DNA of 64,000 bases from contig CP075497.1 in the NCBI GenBank assembly GCA_021613535.1, positions 4,092,001 to 4,156,000 on the forward strand. Direction: 5' to 3'. Shown piece after piece: positions 30,245 through 41,883 of this stretch. The first letter of the stretch is position 1, and each line of letters begins with the position of its first letter. Below the pieces are notes generated by a model that was not told where the DNA came from, did no database searches, and was given only the letters and a program-made list of their open reading frames with translations. This stretch comes from Adineta vaga. Taxonomy: Eukaryota; Animalia; Rotifera. The translations under genes were made by a program, and so were the position numbers.

Positions 30245-31040
30245 CTATGAACGACGATTTCTTTGAGTAGGTGGATTTACACGACTCCATGTAAATAACA
30301 AATGTCCAACACCAGTACCGAATATAATAGCAAAAAATAGATAAACATTAAATGTCATTGCGATGAGCATTAGACTATAACCAAGTGCTAAATTAATAAT
30401 ATAAAAAATACTTGATATTATTCGTTCGGAATAGGGCGAAGAAGTTCTTTGAAAAAGAAGAATAAGAATAAGCAATTTTTAATTAAATTGTCTGAAAGAT
30501 GATTTAGTTTACTTGTTTCTATTGGGAATTGTTGATGGAAGAGATTCAATATTCATACGTGCTAATTCATTTTCAATAGCATCATCTGAAAATCTAAAAT
30601 CAATAATTGAAAATATGATGAAGGGGTTAATTCATTTTAAACTGACATCGGTTGTTTTGTAAGTCGTTCTTCTTCGGCAAAACGATGAAATTCTTTAATG
30701 CCTTCATATAAAATACCCATTATGAATATAAATATCCATGAGATAACAAAAACTATTTAGAAAAACAAAAAATTAAAATATATGTAATAAATACACTATA
30801 AACAACTCTACTTGGAATAGAAATGGTCTCCCATGGTTCAAATAGAATTGTTTCAACAAAGCCTCCATGAAAAAACATCTAAATAGCACAGATATGTGTT
30901 CTCAGATGGAAAGATACTATGTATTGTAACTTTACCTTTGACATTGAATGATGATCATGTGTTGATGCCATTGCTTTTATTGATGATGTATTAAAATGAC
31001 CATGCATATGATTTGAACTATGAACGTGATGATTATTCAT
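30245..31040 (-). CDS. SLC31A1: Ctr-family copper importer
   Basis: His/Met-rich N-terminus MNNHHVHSSNHMHGH, MFFHGG..ETILFEPW, ILYEGIK, GYSLMLIAMTFN (MxxxM) and GTGVG (GxxxG); 5 exons in frame. Confidence 0.9.
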
Positions 31041-31568
31041 ATTTCTTTTCTTCTCAGTTATAAGTAGGTATGAAAAACGTGTATGTATTCGTCAATATTT
31101 TAAGTTTGCGGTGAAGAGATAGAGAATGAAGCACTTCAAAAATATGCATTTTACACTACATACACGGTCAGTATAAAGGAAAGAAAGAAAGAAAGAAAGA
31201 ATGGATTGTGTATATTTGCATAAGAACTAACGTCTACTTATCACAATAGAATATGGTCGACTTTTATACCACTTTATGATTCTTTATTTTATCGGTCCCA
31301 TTTAGTATTGTTGTATATGCCACTTGAAATAACGAAAATAAAAATGAAAAAGATCGATACTGTTTGTGTTGATTATACATGAAACACTCGCACCCACACC
31401 CCACACCCTAATGAAAAGCGAAGTGAATCAAACTGGGAAATATTATTTATGTAATAAAGTTATATATAAATTAAAATAAAAACAAATAGTTGATTGTATT
31501 TTATTTGGTATCCTTACAAAAATATCACGCTTAAAAATATATGAATCGTTCAATATTTATTTGAACAT

Positions 31569-34500
31569 TTACAATGCAGTTATTTGCAATTCCATTTCTT
31601 CTTCTTTATGTTGATTGAGTGATCGTTCATCACTAAAGAATACAGTCGCTTTTCGTTTTTCATCCATAACAGCATTTTTTATTGCTGATATTGATTCCGT
31701 TACAATTTGTGATAATAGACTATTTTTAATACTTGAAATAATACTTGTTGCTTTAGATCGATGAATTGGTAAATTATCAATACCACGATGAACAACAATC
31801 CCAACTGATTTATTCAATGACCATTGACGATATCGACTGTCTCGTTCAAATTTCTCCATAGTTGGCTTTTTGAAATAACGTAAAAGTAGTGAAGAAACAA
31901 CGACACTAACAGATGACAATGCCATAGCAGCGGATGCCATCCAGGGCATAAGTTGAACACCAGCAGGTAGAAGAACACCTGAAAAAAGTGAAGTATAAAG
32001 GACTTTTTTTTTCAAACAAAATGATTTATCAAATTGACATACCAGCAGCAATGGGTATGCCGACTAAATTATATACAGTAGCAAATATAAAATTAATTCG
32101 TATACGCCATACAGTCTTTTTTGAAAGCATTATTGCAGCTAGAACATCAAATAATTCATCACGAATCAATACAATAGATGCTGCTTCGACAGCTACATCT
32201 GCACCCGTACCAACAGCAATTCCAACATCAGCACGTGCTAATGCTGGAGAATCATTAATTCCATCTCCGACCATGGCTATTTTCCCACGAGATTTTCCAT
32301 CTTGTTTTAAATTAGCAATAAAACGTTCTTTGTGTGTTGGTAAAACTTCTGCAAAAACTGTTTTAATACCAACTTGACTAGCAATTGCACGTGCTGTTTT
32401 AACATTATCACCTGTTAATAAAATTGTACGTAAACCAAGTGATTGTAATGCATAGATTGTTAACGAAGCAGTTGGTTTAACTTCATCAGCAATAGCTAAC
32501 ATACCTACGATTTTACCTATAAATAAAACATTCTTATAGATCTGTTAACTATCATATAATTGAAATTTTTACCATCAATAGCTACTAAAACTGCCGTATG
32601 ACCATCATGTTCATGAACAGACATTGTTTTATCAATTCCATCATCTACCATTAAATGATTACATTTCATCCATTCTCGATTACCAATAAGAACTGAATAT
32701 GTACGAGATGATTCTTCCGTAGTACTCGCTACTAAACAATTAATATGACTAACACGTGCTTGAAGACCATAGCCCCATAGTGCTTTAAAATCACGACAAA
32801 GACCCAATTGATCAGTACCAAAATGTTCTTTACAATGATTACGTACAGCTAAAGCTAATGGATGTTCCGAACCACTTTCCGCTGTTCCTACAAAAGTAAT
32901 CAAAGCGATCAATCGATGATTATATTCGTAATTCTTATTTACCCGCAATGGCTAACATTCGATCAAGAGTCATATGTGAATTTTGAACAAAGATTCTTTT
33001 ATCAACAACAGATGGTTTGCCTTTTGTTATTGTACCGGTTTTATCAAATACAATTGTATCAATTTTATGAGCAGATTCTAAAGGTTCTCCGCCTTTAATA
33101 AGAATACCATTCGATGCGCCGCACCTAAAAGATCAATTATGTAATTATATTTCTATTTTATTCTATTTTTCTCTCAGAAACCTGTGCCAACCATAACAGC
33201 AGTTGGTGTTGCTAAACCTAATGCGCATGGACAAGCAATTGATAGAACAGTAATTGCATAACGAAAAGCAAGCTCAAGAACAATTTCAGCTTTGGAAGCA
33301 TCGTATGTATTCGTTGAATGTCCATCACCATGTGAACTCTCATCCATTGTATGATAATACTAAATAAGAATTCCATTAGAGAACAACTCAATTTGAAACT
33401 TACTGATGAATATTTTTTAAGTGTATCAAAGATTGTAAAACCCAAAATGATATAGATAATCAATGTCAACAATGAAATTGAAACAACGAATGGTACAAAA
33501 TAACCAGCAACTTTATCAGCTAATTGTTGAATTGGTGCTTTCGATGTTTGAGCATCTTCTACTAAACGAATGATTTGTTTTAATGCTGTGTCTTGTCCAA
33601 CATGTGTTGCACGCATGATAATTAAACCATCGAGATTTTTTGTACCACCAACAATTTGTGCACCAATAGTTTTATCGATAGGCATAGATTCTCCTGTAAT
33701 CAAAGATTCATCACACGTTGTTGTACCATCAATAATTCGACCATCTGTTGGAATGGTTTCACCAGGTTGAACTTTTAGTAGATCGTCACGTTGAATTAAT
33801 TGAGCAAGAACAACTTTTTCTTCGATAATTTTTCCTGTTTCATCTAATTTAACCAATGTACCTTGCGGTGGTTGAAGTGACAATAATTTTTTTAATGCAT
33901 CTGACGTTTTTGCCTTAATTAAAATACATGATTTATTTTCAATATCTTCGATAGTTTATTATTACTTTAGCAGAATGTTCAAGCCATCGTCCCAAAGCAA
34001 CAAACATGAAAAGCACTGAAAAATGAAGATTAAATATATAAAAAGATTAGATTAGATATGTAAGTTTACTTGGTGATACATCAAAAAATGCCATTGGACT
34101 TGGTATTCTCATGATCATATTTATAATAACTACTACAATAGAATAAACATAAGCTACAGTTGTTGCTAATACAATAAGAACTTCCATATTTGCTGATTTA
34201 TGTTTTAATGATTTGTAAGCTTGAACATAAAAATATCGACCACTGATGATCTATGAAATAGAAATATCAATGATCAAATAGATTCTCCAACAATATTTGT
34301 ACGTACTTGAACAGGTGTAGCTAATAGGAACATGATTAAATTTTCAACTGATAAACCAGTAGTAACATGAGGTGCTTTTCGATGATCTTTGTATTTAAAC
34401 ATAAAAACAAGCATAATAATCATTGCTGGTATACCAAAAATAGCAGCAGTAATAAATGAATTTCGCCATCTATGAAGATTAACAAAAAATAATTCGATAA

Positions 34501-35947
34501 TATTTTCTGTTGATACACTTACTGTGTTGTGATACGTCGATGTGAACGAGCTAAATCTTCCGATTTTAAATTTTCCGTTATTACTGTTGCTCGATAACCG
34601 AGATCTTCCTATAGAAAGAAAAGAAAACAATATGATATCTGAATGTATTTAATGAGAGAAATAGATTACTGATATATGTTTAAGAATATCTCGAGGTCCA
34701 ATAATACTCGAATCATATTGAATTCGTCCACGATTAGTTAATAATACTACGTTCACTGATGTAATGCCCGGAATTTTACTCATATGATTTTGAATTTTAT
34801 CTACACATGATGAACATGTCATATTTTCAATCTACAAAGAGAAAAGTTCAAATTTTTTCCTTTTTTACTTCGTAAATCATTGATCTTACATTCACATCGA
34901 TGATTTCCATTCCACGTGCAACAGTGTCAAGTACTTCCGCTTGAAAACCAAGATTATTGATTAAAGTAGCAATTTGTGTTGGTAAAAGATGAGCTGAATC
35001 ATATTTAACTTCTGCACGTTGTGCTAAGAGAGCAACTAACACGGAATGAATACCTATTTCAACAAATATACGTATTTTGTTGTAAATTTACACATGTTAT
35101 CCAAAACAATTAATTACCTTCAACTTTGCCTAAATTTCTTTGTATACTATCAACACATGATGCACATGTCATTCCAAGAACAGTAAAATAACATGTTTCT
35201 AAATCGGTTTCATTATCTGGTTTAGACACTGGAGCTTGTCTACTTGATCTTTGAGTTATTTTTGTTTGTTGAAATTTAATTTCATCGTTAATAGCTAGAA
35301 GAAGGAAAAAAACAATATTCATAAGTCAGTTATCAATATAATCATAAGACTTACATCTAATACTTGTCCTACGGATTGAATTTTCTGTATTTGACGTTAC
35401 TAGAATATAAATGTTCCTCTTATGAAAGAATCTCTCTGTCGAAAAACATACCTTGAATATCCTCATTTGTTGCAATAACTTGTTCAGTATTTGAAATAGC
35501 AACTTGAAAACTAAGTTTTTCAATTTCATCAATAATATCATTCAATTGAAGAATTGAAGGATCATATGTGATCGTTGCAAGTTTATCCAAGAATGTCAAT
35601 TGAATATCAATAACACCGGGTAAATCAAGTACTGAACCACAAATATTTGAAACACATGAATTACAATGCATTCCTTCAATACGTAATTGACATTGAACTG
35701 ATTGAGAATTGGTTAATTGTACAGGATGACCTAAACGTTGAATTGCCGTTAGAAGTCCATATTGATCGAGTATAGTTTTATCATAAGAAAGTTCAACTTG
35801 ATTATTATCATCAATAAATTTACAGGATAGAAGACCATCAATCCGTTCACAAAGTCTTTCACATATATAGTCATGATTTGATTCATGAACTCCTCCTAGA
35901 AATATTTGAATTTGTAAAGGTTCTGTTGTCGTTATCGGTGCATGCAT
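31569..35947 (-). CDS. ATP7: Copper-transporting P1B-ATPase; apparent 1-nt frameshift at 33121-33122
   Basis: MBDs GMHCNSC, GMTCASC, NMTCSSC; [45 protein letters not shown]. Confidence 0.95.
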
Positions 35948-36605
35948 TGAAAATTATATCTGAAAAGAGAACTAGGTGATCATTTTCAAAAGTTTCTCAT
36001 CAGAATTCTAAACATGTGCTATTTAAACATTTGTATACAAACTATTATAGGTATTTAATAATCATTTCAATCTGAATCTATACATTTAACTCGTTTTGTA
36101 TGAAACATCATCATAAAATAATTCAGTTGATGCATTTTGCTTGTCATAAAAAAACAATCTTCATTCAAGGTGAAATAAGGTTGATTATTTATTCTTTCTT
36201 TCTCTTTTTTGAGAAAAAAATACTTTGTATCTTTGTAACTAATCTAATATTGTATATCTTATCATGACGATGATAATAAAATACGAACAAATTATAACAT
36301 CTCGCATGATATTTCATAAGTGAAAAGGTTACATTTGCTTGCTACAATAGCCACTTGTTCTATATACCTGTAATGGAATAACGAATCCATTTTTAAATAT
36401 TCCATAACACTGTTTTGCATAAAACTAGTCTTTTTTTAAAAGTATTATTTATAGAAGTAAAAAAGTTCACCTTGATCAACAAGTAAACAAAAAGAATTTC
36501 TATTAGAAATGTGTTTTTAGATCACGCGGCATTGAAAAATAAGAAAATAAAAAAGCTTTGGGATGAAAAAATTATTCAAAAATATTAACAAATAAATAAA
36601 ATATC

Positions 36606-37721
36606 TTAACAATCAATTGTCATCATTGCTGTTATGTTATGACGTAACTGAATAACTTTCCATGCTTTTCGATATTCATTATATTTCTGTTCGAGTGTAC
36701 GACTGAAACCAATATGAAATGTTGTTGAACATACAGTTAAAACAGGATTACTTGCCATTAAACATGAACAATTACCGAAAGGTGATTGTTCATACAGAAG
36801 TGGAATAGTTGTACATCTGACTTTAGCTGCTTTTGCTAAGAATCCCGATGCAAATACATCACCAATCCATACAACTTTATGTAATGGATAAGTATTCGCT
36901 GCATGAACAAGTTTATCACGAACATAATTCGACATAAACCAACCAAAACCTGAACAATACGGCGGAAGAAATGTATGCGGCCAAATCGTTTCATTAACAC
37001 CAAATTTTCCATTTCCACGTCCTGTTATTTGATATTCAATAGCCCATCCTCCACGAAAAAATGTTGTTCGATCCGACGATAAAAGACTTGACATAAGTAG
37101 AGGATCATATTTTAAAATATAAGACTCAGTTTTTGTAGTATTACTCACAAGTAATCTAGCCATGAACGATATTAACATTGTATCAACAATAAGATCATCA
37201 TCTGTTTTAAATAAATATGAAATATTTGGATAAAATCGATGTGACCATTGTAAAGCAGCTACTTCTTTATAAACAACATTTGCATATGTTTCAATATGAT
37301 TTATTTCAATGATATCACGATATTGTCTTCGTTCATTATTTACTTTCATTTGAAGTTCACCAGCATCGACTGTTGTACCGGATATTTCACCAATAATAAA
37401 TACAAAACAAGTTCCATTCTGTTTCGATGCCCATGTTGAACGAATTATTTCACGTCGTTGAAAATTATTTATCGATGATAAAATATAAACAAGTAGAATA
37501 TCATTCGATTGACATATCGCTTGATTTGATGTTAAATCGATATTTACACGAAAATATACTACAGGAGAATTATCAAAACTTGTTGCAATATCCAATAAGT
37601 TCGATGGTAAATTTTCAGTCAATTGACTACTATCAAACGTGATATATAAAGCAATTAGCAGTAAAACTATTAATGTGATACAGTATAAATTTAATGAACG
37701 ATACTTTCGAAATAACCACAT
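36606..37721 (-). CDS. GT31 beta-1,3-galactosyltransferase-like glycosyltransferase
   Basis: Type II TM anchor, RREIIRSTWA, ETYANVVYK, LFKTDDD, PPYCSGFG, WIGDVFASG. Confidence 0.88.
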   Translation of the reverse strand: MWLFRKYRSLNLYCITLIVLLLIALYITFDSSQLTENLPSNLLDIATSFDNSPVVYFRVNIDLTSNQAICQSNDILLVYILSSINNFQRREIIRSTWASKQNGTCFVFIIGEISGTTVDAGELQMKVNNERRQYRDIIEINHIETYANVVYKEVAALQWSHRFYPNISYLFKTDDDLIVDTMLISFMARLLVSNTTKTESYILKYDPLLMSSLLSSDRTTFFRGGWAIEYQITGRGNGKFGVNETIWPHTFLPPYCSGFGWFMSNYVRDKLVHAANTYPLHKVVWIGDVFASGFLAKAAKVRCTTIPLLYEQSPFGNCSCLMASNPVLTVCSTTFHIGFSRTLEQKYNEYRKAWKVIQLRHNITAMMTIDC

Positions 37722-38235
37722 ACTAAATGTGTGATTAATTTCGAAGAAAAATTCTGAAAATCGAGAAAGAATTCTTCAAAATGTGACTCAATTGCAATGA
37801 ATGAATCAATAAATGATTACAATGTTCACTTTCTTTCCTAATATTTTGAATTATATATGAAACAAATGTCTTCTATTCGAATCACTCACGTGTTCATTTA
37901 TTTGAAGAAGAAAAAAAAGTGTGGTTCCTTAGAGCAGACAAGTAATCGAACTGATTTCTTCTCCACTTTTCTTCTGTAAACAAACGTTAATACAAAACGA
38001 TTTTATTTTTCTTCTATATAGTTTGAATTTTATGTTTCGTGATGCAAAATGTCAGTAGTTTGAACTTCATCGGAATGAAAAGATTGATTTTATTAAAGAG
38101 AGAACGAAACGATTACATTTTGAAAGATTCAAACAAAGAAAACATTATGTACTTCATTCGTATGTCGATCATACTGTGAAAATATATATTTTTTCAACAA
38201 CGAAATGAACAAAAATTAGATTAAACCTAATTTTT

Positions 38236-38847
38236 TTATGTATTTTGAAAGTTTTTCAATATTTCCGCAACAATATTTTCCACTGATGCCATTGCACCAA
38301 TACCAGTTTGTCCACACATAAGTGTTTTTTCAATCGAAGGAATTTCTATATATCCGAATGTTTTCGTAATTAAATCTAATTGTTGTCGCGTTAATGGATG
38401 TTCATACATCGCAGTATTCATTGCAGGTGCAACAATTAATGGTTTTTTGTTTTTTAAATCCCATGCACGAACAATATTTGTTAAAAGATTGTCACATATT
38501 CCAACTGATATTTTTGCTAATGTATTAGCATCTAATGGTGCAATGAGAAGAATATCAGCCCAATCACGAAGTAGAATATGTAAAACTGGATCACCACGAA
38601 CTTTCCATGATGACCATTCATCATGATCTTCAAAATAACATGGACCTTGAATTTCTTTAACAGATCCATGAGGACACCATGAATCATCCAAATGGATAAA
38701 ATGTTTAGCTATTTCAGTTGGAATAACAACTGTTTCGATATTATGCAAATGAAAATGATGAACAAGTTCATTTACTTTTATAGCTGCTACACTTCCTGTT
38801 ACACCAAGAAGAAGATGTCGTGGACGATGTTGTTCATCGTTACTCAT
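38236..38847 (-). CDS. PPCDC: Phosphopantothenoylcysteine decarboxylase (HAL3/CoaC flavoprotein)
   Basis: LLGVTGSVAAIK, PVLHILLRDWAD, APLDANTLAK, PAMNTAMYEHP, LMCGQTGIGAM. Confidence 0.95.
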   Translation of the reverse strand: MSNDEQHRPRHLLLGVTGSVAAIKVNELVHHFHLHNIETVVIPTEIAKHFIHLDDSWCPHGSVKEIQGPCYFEDHDEWSSWKVRGDPVLHILLRDWADILLIAPLDANTLAKISVGICDNLLTNIVRAWDLKNKKPLIVAPAMNTAMYEHPLTRQQLDLITKTFGYIEIPSIEKTLMCGQTGIGAMASVENIVAEILKNFQNT

Positions 38848-39157
38848 CTATGTAATAAACTCACTTAGATACTCGAAGTAAGAAGAGTCTAAAATAGAAT
38901 CGATAATGAATATAAATCAATTGACTTTTCGTTTCTCTTAGCATTTTCTTAATCTTTGTCGAATTTCAGTTCATGAATACATTGTATGAAGTCTATCTTT
39001 CATTTATATGTTTTATTCAATAACAAATTGTTTTTATATATGAAATTTTTTTTATTTTCTATCGAAACAAAAACAACAACGGCAGTACTAGTGATCGAAG
39101 ACAAACAGAGATCGTTCACATTTGTTGATGATAAGCCGTTGAGCTAATGCTGAGCGT

Positions 39158-39694
39158 TTATGCTAGAAGAAAAACGAAATTAAATACAATCATATAATTC
39201 ATCATTGAAAAAATACTTTTGGAAACAGGAATATTAGCTGGTTGCAAAGCTTCTTTATTGCCACCACGATGACCACCACCAGCAGCAGCGTTACCTTGGC
39301 CACCAGCTGCACCTGGTTGACGGTTTTGTTGAGGACGTCTAGAGAGAAAGTAACACAACTTTTTCTTTTCTTTTCTCTTATTTCAATCATTAACTTACAA
39401 AAGTGGTTGACGAATACGACGTGCTTCTCTCGAACGATTACGTACAACCTTGCTGTGAATAGCGCATGAAACACAATAATGTAATTTATAGTAAAGTTTT
39501 GGTAAAACATATTTAGTATAAACGCTAGCTTCACTTAAATCCTTAACAGCAGCCTGTTCAACAATGTTTCGAATAATTAATTTCTTGATAGCCTTGTCTT
39601 TTGGTACTAAACGACGACAGTTGGTACAGTTGACGTTGGTGACACGACCACGTCCGTGTTTGCTTCGACCATTATTACGGCGTTTTTTTGTCAT
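39158..39694 (-). CDS. RPS26: 40S ribosomal protein S26 (eS26) with Gly-rich C-terminal tail
   Basis: [48 protein letters not shown]; two 3' introns. Confidence 0.95.
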
Positions 39695-39920
39695 CCTTTA
39701 TGAATTTATTTCTCCGGTGATGGTAGAGAGAATAATAGAGAGAGCAAAATCTGAAATTATTATATTATTTATATATTTTGTAGATAAAATATAAATAAGA
39801 ATCACAGAAGTAGATAAATATCAAGCACCGAGAAAGATTGTTCGATACATTGCACGTAATATTACGAAAATAATTACAAAATAAAGCGATTATTCGGAAA
39901 GAAGAGCGACTTTAATGAAC

Positions 39921-41883
39921 TTATTTAAAATAGGAATATGGACCATGTTTAGATTTAATTAACCACATACTATCAACTACTTTTCCACCCTGAAAGAGAA
40001 ATGGAAGTTTTCGATTGTCTACGAAAGAAATACGATTCAACAGACTTTATCATCGGATACTTGTTCTAAGTAGAGATGAGATGCATTGTAAATATTCATG
40101 CGTGAATAACCATAATCGTTATTACGATATGCTGTCCATGAACGTGGAATACCAAATGGATCATGACGTTCAGGACAACCCTATATAGAGACTTTCTCCT
40201 ATATCTCAAGTCAACCTAGTCCACTTACTGCTGATCCTGTTACTATATGTACGGGAGCATCAGGATCAATATAAGCACCTTTGGTACCATTATGAACCTA
40301 TGAAAAATATGATCGATGTAGTTTCAAAAATATTCGCCTTAGTATTATTCAATAGAATTATAACAAATGATCCAATCAAATGCCTAAAAATGAATAATTC
40401 ATCAATATATAAACATACTGTTGAATTATAAACAGGCCATAAACGTTCATAACTATGTTCATGAGCCCAAAATTCTAGATCAACACCATATTGTGCAAAT
40501 AATTTCTCAAGACCATATGCTTGAACAAATGGTAAACCATTACGTACCTATAGAATGTTATTTAAATGGAATACATAGAACCAGAAAGGTTCCTTACATA
40601 ACTGTAACCTTCTGTAGTTAAACATTCATCATCGTCACTATTACTACAATACATTGGTTTATGTCCCATTGTAATGATCCATGGATGACGAGCTCGATTC
40701 GCAGGTTTATTTGCTTTCTTCATAAGAAAGAATAAATAATTCTAATTATCGTTTATTTTCCTAATCTTCTTACTTTTAAATCTTCTTCAAGCCATTGATA
40801 TTGATTGATAATCTGATCAAAACCATATTCAGTATAATAATAGAATTCGGTTGAAAAACCAATTACATGTGCTGAACCAACATTAAAACTAATTTAGAAA
40901 ATAATCTTAATCATTTTCAAATAGTAAACATCACAACTAACCTATAGAAATGATTTGCATCACCACCATACGTATTCATCGATGATGGCATACTAAACTT
41001 CGCAAAATATTGAGAGAAATTACTAAAAAAAGACACAAATTCATATGTACAATAATCAATAATATTCATTCTTACTAAGCACTTTCATGATTTCCTGGAC
41101 AAGTCATGTATGGTATATAACCAGCAATAGATTCAATAGCATTCATATATTCATCACCAAAACGTGCATTATCTGAATTCATATCATAAGCCATATCACC
41201 TATAGATTTCAATGATAAATAAATCTATTATATCTTCGAAGAGAACACTTACCAACATGTAAAATAAGATCAAAATGACCTAATTGTGTTTCTTCCTGTA
41301 GTCGTGGCATTGAATAAGCAATATCTTTGCCCATATCACCATAAACAGCTGCCCGTACAACAAAATTCGAATCATTACGCATTGCTGTGAACCAGAATAT
41401 AGGTGACCAACCATATACTTCACTACCACAATGATAAACTAGATAAAATCAAACATAGTCAAATCAATTGAAATTCTATGTTCTATTTTCATACAATATC
41501 GACGTCCAGGTAAAAGATTTCGTAGAACAACTCGATGAATATATTCACGTCGCTTTTCTGATCCACTATCTTGAAATATACTAACAGTGCCATTTACTCG
41601 TTGATTCAATATATCCGTTTCACCATATTCGACCATTGAATCATTGATTGGATTCATAGTCACCCATGTTACTATCATAAGGGATGGATTAACTAAAATG
41701 ATGATAAGAAGAAGAAGAAGAACAATATAGTTTCTTTTTTAATTTCTACAAAAAATTTAACATACGGCCATAGGATAAATGAATTTGTTCTGGTTGACCA
41801 AATATTGGATCATAGTATGATATTGATTTTGATGAAACGATCGTTAAAAAGACTGATAGTAGGACAACAGTCAGAGAAGCCAT
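39921..41883 (-). CDS. ACP7: Acid phosphatase type 7 (purple acid phosphatase), secreted
   Basis: Signal peptide, [49 protein letters not shown]. Confidence 0.92.

Noticed and set aside
31988-33770. Plus-strand ORFs (129, 78, 66 aa)
   Set aside because: Antisense shadows of conserved ATP7 exons.
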